NCBI GenBank assembly: GCA_964470695.1 | Contig: CAYYDR010000001.1 | Location: 465,997 to 529,996 of the forward strand | Origin: an uncultured Gammaproteobacteria bacterium | GTDB taxonomy: Bacteria > Patescibacteriota > Patescibacteriia > Patescibacteriales > UBA12465 | Direction: 5' to 3' | DNA: 64,000 nucleotides | Part shown: piece after piece, positions 60,958 through 64,000 of the stretch | How positions within the stretch are numbered: position 1 is the first letter of the stretch | How the letters are laid out: every line of letters starts with the position of its first letter | Position numbers and translations under genes: made by a program | The notes under the pieces: generated by a model | Told to the model about the DNA's origin: nothing | What the model saw: only the letters and a program-made list of their open reading frames with translations | Databases searched by the model: none

Positions 60958-62976
60958 TTAATAAAAATTTTTAAGACCAGCGAGGATGTCCAATTCACCA
61001 TTTTCATCAATATCCCCGACTGTTACCTTGATGCCGCCACGGAAATTTTTATCATAGGCAAACCAGCTTTTTAAGGCTCTCCCTGATGAGTTAAATATTC
61101 TAATTTGCGGTCCGCCGCCTGACGCCGGAGCGGTTATTATTTCAATTTCTCCATCGCCGTTAACATCGCCAGCGGCAACGTTAACGCCGCCTTGAAATTT
61201 CTTATCATAAGCCAAAAAACTATTTTTCAAAATTCCTTTTAAAGAAAAAATTTTAATAAGCGGCTCCTCGCCCCGCCCTGGCCCGGTAATAATTTCTTCT
61301 TCGGCATCATTATTTATATCAGCTATCGCCACATTAACTCCTCCTCTTAATTTTTTATCATAAGCAAACCAGCTCCCTAATAGCTTGCCATTCGTGTTAA
61401 ATATCAGAACCTGGGGACCGCCGCCAGGACCAGCGCCTACAACAATTTTTTTAATATCACCATTATCTAATTCAGCTGCTAAGCTAACAGTGGCCTTAAA
61501 AGATTTAGAAAAGGGGTAAAAAGAAGATGTTATTTTGGCATTTTTAAATAAATTTACCTGTCCGCCTGAAGCGCTTAAATTTACTAGCGGCTGAGAATCT
61601 TCTGAGCTAGAAACAGAAATTATTTCCGCTTCGCCGGGCGAAGACTTCAAATAGGAGAAGAATCCGTTGCGATTTTGTCTTCCCTGCCAGTCAAAAACTC
61701 TAAAAAAATAGCCGTTAGTAAAGGGGTAATTTTTAATTAGAGTGCTTCTCTTTAACAAAAGTATGCCGTCATCAGAATCTAGCTGGATATAATTTATTCT
61801 CTGGCCATTATTAAACAAAGGACTTTGCTCACCTTTTATTTTCTCAAATTCCTCCAAATTAAAGACATAGGTTTGCTTTTTACCGCTAGAATTTACAATA
61901 GCTGACCCATTTTTAAAATCTCGCCGCCAGAGCCCTGGTTTTATTTCGGAATTATTATTAAGCAGGAGGTTATAAGGTCTGGATAGAGCCGGCCCTAAAT
62001 CAACATTATATTCATCATACCACCAAGTCTGCCCGTGGCTTGTTACATCATAGTCATAGCTATAGAAACCGTCGCCTAGCAAAGTACTAGCTAGTCCATA
62101 TCGGAAATGACGATAGTTAGCCTGATTTTTATCATATATATTAATAACTGGTAATTGCGGCGCAACATTTACTGTCGGCAGTTTTAAATAAGTTTTCATT
62201 GAGCCTGACCAGGTACCGCCATTTTCCCAAAAAGATGGAAAACTTTCTAACATCATGCCGTTTAATAGCGATTGATACCCGTCATAAACGCGGCCATTAC
62301 CAATAATAATAAAATCTGGACCAGCTAAGTTTCTAGTTTTAGCCAACATTTTTTTAAAACCATCGGCCCAAAGGCGATTGGATTCTGAGGAATCATCCGC
62401 TACTAAGTTATTATCCAAATCTAAGCTTTTATTATTAACCCAAGTAACGTCGCCCCAAGTATTATCATAGAAAACTCCGTCCCATAAGCCGCTAGCTTTA
62501 AGTCTAGTAACTACAAATTCTGGCAGATAATCATTAAAACGAAGGCCTCTCGGATCGGCTTTAGCGCCGTCGGAAAGATTCAGCATGTTAGTATAAGGCC
62601 AATTAGAGACTTTATTTCCTTGGGAATCTTTTAACCACCAGCCATCGTGAATATTCTCTCTTAACTCCTGCCTAAGGTAAGCGTTATTATAATGCCTGAT
62701 ATCATCTATTATTTCCTGGGAAGTTATATAAGCTAAAATGATAATTTTCGGGTTAAGCTCTCGTATCTTTATAATCTGATCGCGACTATTTTCTTGAGTT
62801 TCCATGTCAAGAATTAAAAGATCCCATTTAGCTAATTCCTGGGCCTCAGTATCCGATATTTCCCACTTCAAAAAATAATTGGCTAAACGCGGATAAGATG
62901 CTTTTAAAGTAGCCGCTTGAACAATGAGCGGCAAAGTAAGGCTGGAAATAATTATTGATAAAATAATTTTTTTCAT
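60958..62976 (-). CDS. secreted GHL15-like putative glycoside hydrolase fused to four FG-GAP/VCBS-like repeats
   Basis: Signal peptide; N-terminal half is paralogous to 39805..40836. The C-terminus has 4 copies of F.YDK.(F/L).GG(V/I).V..GD(I/V)(N/D)..G..(E/D)I(I/L). Confidence 0.65.
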   Translation of the reverse strand: MKKIILSIIISSLTLPLIVQAATLKASYPRLANYFLKWEISDTEAQELAKWDLLILDMETQENSRDQIIKIRELNPKIIILAYITSQEIIDDIRHYNNAYLRQELRENIHDGWWLKDSQGNKVSNWPYTNMLNLSDGAKADPRGLRFNDYLPEFVVTRLKASGLWDGVFYDNTWGDVTWVNNKSLDLDNNLVADDSSESNRLWADGFKKMLAKTRNLAGPDFIIIGNGRVYDGYQSLLNGMMLESFPSFWENGGTWSGSMKTYLKLPTVNVAPQLPVINIYDKNQANYRHFRYGLASTLLGDGFYSYDYDVTSHGQTWWYDEYNVDLGPALSRPYNLLLNNNSEIKPGLWRRDFKNGSAIVNSSGKKQTYVFNLEEFEKIKGEQSPLFNNGQRINYIQLDSDDGILLLKRSTLIKNYPFTNGYFFRVFDWQGRQNRNGFFSYLKSSPGEAEIISVSSSEDSQPLVNLSASGGQVNLFKNAKITSSFYPFSKSFKATVSLAAELDNGDIKKIVVGAGPGGGPQVLIFNTNGKLLGSWFAYDKKLRGGVNVAIADINNDAEEEIITGPGRGEEPLIKIFSLKGILKNSFLAYDKKFQGGVNVAAGDVNGDGEIEIITAPASGGGPQIRIFNSSGRALKSWFAYDKNFRGGIKVTVGDIDENGELDILAGLKNFY

Positions 62977-62985
62977 TGTCTAATG

Positions 62986-64000
62986 CTATTTCTTGGGTGC
63001 CGGGATGCAGTCTAGGCCGTTAGGCATATATTTACGTAAAACTTCGGGTATTATTACTGAGCCGTCAGCCTGTTGATTTTGCTCTAAAATAGCCGGCAGT
63101 AGTCGGCTAGTAGCCAAGCCAGAGGCATTTAGAGTATGAACAAATTCATTCTTGCCGCCGGTTTTTTTATAACGAGTCTGCCCGCGCCTAGCTTGGTATT
63201 CTAAAGCATTAGAAATACTGCTAACTTCCTTATATATTTCCATGCTGGGGATATAAACCTCTAAATCATAGGTTTTAGCCATAGCCGCACTGCAATCGCC
63301 AGCTGCTAGCTTAGAGACCTGGAAATGCAATCCTAAACCCTGAACTAATGATTTAGCATTTTCTACAAATTCATCAAAAATCTGCCAAGATTCTTCGGGA
63401 TGACAAAATGAAAACATTTCAATCTTATTAAATTGATGTCCCCTAATCATTCCTCTTTCTTCTTGCCGATAACTTCCCGCTTCCCGACGGAAGCAAGGAG
63501 AGTAGGCAAAATATTTTAGAGGCAAGGAGCTATCGTCTAATATTTCTTCACGATGATAATTGCCTAACATCATTTCACTAGTAGCATTTAAGCAAAGAGC
63601 ATCCTGGGTCCAAAAAAGATCATCTCTAAATTTAGGAAGATGGCCAGAGGTATAAGCTGATTTTTCCGTTAAAAGAAAGGGTGGAATTAAGAATTGATAG
63701 CCGTTTTTGGTATGGTATTCAATAAAATAAGACAAGAGCGCCCATTCTAGTAAAGCGCCTAAGCCTTTATAGCACCAAAAACCAGACCCAGACATTTTAA
63801 CGGCTCGTTCATAGTCAATCAACCCCAGGCTAGTTGCTAATTCAACATGGTCGCGAGGCGTAAATTTAAATTCTGGTTTTTTGCCAAAAGTGAAAATAAC
63901 CTCATTATTTTCCTTTCCCCCGGCTACAACATCGGCGGCTGGTAAATTTGGCAACTCCGCCAATTTCTCATTCAAATTAACTTCCACTGAGGCGAGTTCT
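62986..64000 (-). CDS. serS: serine-tRNA ligase, 5'-partial (continues beyond window end)
   Basis: Class II aaRS motifs (GSGFWCYKG, FRREAGS, TLNASGLATSR). The frame is open to nt 64000. Confidence 0.95.
   Translation of the reverse strand, partial: ELASVEVNLNEKLAELPNLPAADVVAGGKENNEVIFTFGKKPEFKFTPRDHVELATSLGLIDYERAVKMSGSGFWCYKGLGALLEWALLSYFIEYHTKNGYQFLIPPFLLTEKSAYTSGHLPKFRDDLFWTQDALCLNATSEMMLGNYHREEILDDSSLPLKYFAYSPCFRREAGSYRQEERGMIRGHQFNKIEMFSFCHPEESWQIFDEFVENAKSLVQGLGLHFQVSKLAAGDCSAAMAKTYDLEVYIPSMEIYKEVSSISNALEYQARRGQTRYKKTGGKNEFVHTLNASGLATSRLLPAILEQNQQADGSVIIPEVLRKYMPNGLDCIPAPKK

Noticed and set aside
1-64000. Search for CRISPR arrays, rRNA or tRNA genes, IS elements and recoded stop codons.
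   Set aside because: No spaced short direct-repeat arrays, no cloverleaf-like GC-rich segments in the intergenic regions and no transposase-like ORFs were found. TGA, TAA and TAG all terminate well-supported genes, so the standard genetic code applies.

Overview
AT-rich, gene-dense window with about 60 protein genes and no rRNA, tRNA, CRISPR array or recognisable transposon. The content fits a small-genome, monoderm-type Patescibacteria/CPR-like bacterium; this placement is an inference from gene content: sortase plus LPXTG substrate, DUF4012, GHL15-like hydrolases, many secreted repeat proteins, little biosynthesis. Left to right: partial galU, SDR, GerMN protein, then an XRE regulator divergent from a DUF3494/LPXTG surface protein and sortase operon. 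Next come a lone trpB, TrmH methyltransferase, FAD protein, TerC, Kup, hemerythrin-TspO-Nudix, DEAD-box helicase, an NRAMP remnant and a P-type ATPase. A Big_2-repeat peptidoglycan-binding protein and a SIMPL protein follow, then a uvrB-CYTH-uvrA-DMT-MGMT-uvrC repair cluster with domain-minimised Uvr proteins. After that: a histidine-phosphatase-like and PEP-swivel pair, a second SIMPL protein and rplJ-rplL with a long leader. A cell-envelope glycopolymer locus follows (DUF4012, GHL15, O-antigen-ligase-like, 3x GT4, Wzz-like, GT26-Nudix fusion), interrupted by a 3-gene foreign-looking island. The window ends with corA, gltX, an M23 peptidase and a minus-strand block (Cys-rich small protein, xer, small TM ORF, ftsQ, alr, hypothetical, GHL15/FG-GAP, partial serS). 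Main findings: (1) a classical ribosome-mediated Trp attenuator upstream of the orphan trpB, with a leaderless 20-codon leader ORF carrying tandem TGG codons and mutually exclusive hairpins; (2) gene orientation converges at about 56.3 kb and a dif-like site sits next to the only xer gene, suggesting the replication terminus; (3) native genes have no Shine-Dalgarno sequence and several consensus promoters place the -10 only 6-8 nt from the ATG (leaderless), whereas a minority of orphan genes carry strong SDs and look horizontally acquired; (4) UvrA lacks the insertion domain, and UvrB and UvrC both lack the UVR interaction domain; (5) a GC-rich 60-aa Cys/His-rich protein gene has its own consensus promoter. 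Every function is inferred from motifs read in the translations; no database search was run.
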